Positions 63,516 through 64,000 of a DNA stretch of 64,000 nt are shown here, piece after piece (the first letter of the stretch is position 1; every line of letters begins with the position of its first letter). The DNA comes from a virus (Duplodnaviria > Caudoviricetes). A program made the translations under genes and the position numbers. The DNA is taken from IMG/VR virus record IMGVR_UViG_3300035208_003115; one strand, given 5' to 3'. Below the pieces are notes generated by a model, which saw only the letters and a list, made by a program, of their open reading frames with translations, was not told the origin of the DNA and searched no databases.

Positions 63516-64000
63516 ATGTGCCGATCAGCGAGTTTCGTTTTGACGAAAGACAAGGTCTTTTGGTCGAAAAACGGCGACAGTCACGAGGACATCATCAAGG
63601 AATTTTCTCTTCACGATGACGGGGCGAGGGGTCCGAATATCCTGCGCGTCGAGATCGTGCCTGACGGAAAACGGTATGACCTGCCGTTATCCGATTGGAA
63701 GTTCAAGCTAGATCAGGACACGATCCCCGAATGGTTCAACATGGGGGCCGATGAGGACCGCGCCCGTTTAGCTCTGAATGACTGGACCAAGGCTCACATC
63801 ATCCGCGAGGGTCACGCAACGGTCGAGGACTGGCAGACTAGGATTTTTCTTGGCACGTCTCAAGGCACGGTGAACGGTGGAGAGGGCCGGTTCTTCGGTT
63901 CCTCGACAGGCACGGTGAACGGTGGAGAGGGCCGGTTCTTCGGTTCCTCGACCGGAACGGTGAACGGTGGAGAGGGCGTGTTCTACGATTCCTCAACCGG
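63516..64000 (+). CDS. Protein with C-terminal 15-aa beta-solenoid-like repeats, truncated by the window edge
   Basis: MCRSASFVLTKDKVFWSKNGDSHEDII...; repeats of GTVNGGEGRFFGSST; RBS GGAGG. Confidence 0.7.
   Translation, partial: MCRSASFVLTKDKVFWSKNGDSHEDIIKEFSLHDDGARGPNILRVEIVPDGKRYDLPLSDWKFKLDQDTIPEWFNMGADEDRARLALNDWTKAHIIREGHATVEDWQTRIFLGTSQGTVNGGEGRFFGSSTGTVNGGEGRFFGSSTGTVNGGEGVFYDSST
63864..64000 (+). repeat. 45-bp coding tandem repeat (at least 3 copies)
   Basis: Units start at 63864, 63909 and 63954. Confidence 0.9.

Noticed and set aside
1-64000. Wholesale UAG recoding (genetic code 15)
   Set aside because: Genes up to 2308 aa are uninterrupted in code 11, and TAG ends many small genes right before the next gene; only the leader peptide has an apparent in-frame TAG
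63864-64000. CRISPR array
   Set aside because: 45-bp units are contiguous, have no spacers and encode an in-frame 15-aa repeat

Overview
This window is part of a large tailed-phage (myovirus) genome; no host genes, CRISPR, rRNA or IS elements are evident. Positions 1-46.9 kb are one long minus-strand morphogenesis module. In transcription order it holds a TerS candidate, TerL, a portal fused to a MuF-like domain, protease/scaffold, decoration protein, HK97-fold major capsid, neck proteins, sheath, tube paralogues, two chaperones, a tape-measure-like protein, a hub carrying an M15 peptidase, and baseplate proteins. From 47 to 55.5 kb are two tRNAs and small minus-strand genes (ClpP, tubulin/FtsZ-family GTPase, HD-like and SprT-like proteins) with sigma70-type promoters. 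At about 55.6 kb the strand switches to an early-like plus-strand arm rich in structured RNA. Three highlights were found by manual motif reading, with no database searches run. (1) The 1281-aa ORF between tape measure and hub carries beta and beta-prime RNA polymerase motifs in order in one chain, with a variant DLDAD catalytic loop: a candidate virion-packaged two-barrel RNAP. (2) An amber-suppressor tRNA(CUA) sits 4 nt from a leader ORF M-K-Y-UAG-N-R-I-R-P-P-P that overlaps a hairpin hiding the next gene's RBS: a candidate amber-readthrough translational switch upstream of a late module that avoids UAG stops. (3) A canonical type III hammerhead ribozyme and a repeated pseudoknot lie at the start of the plus-strand arm.
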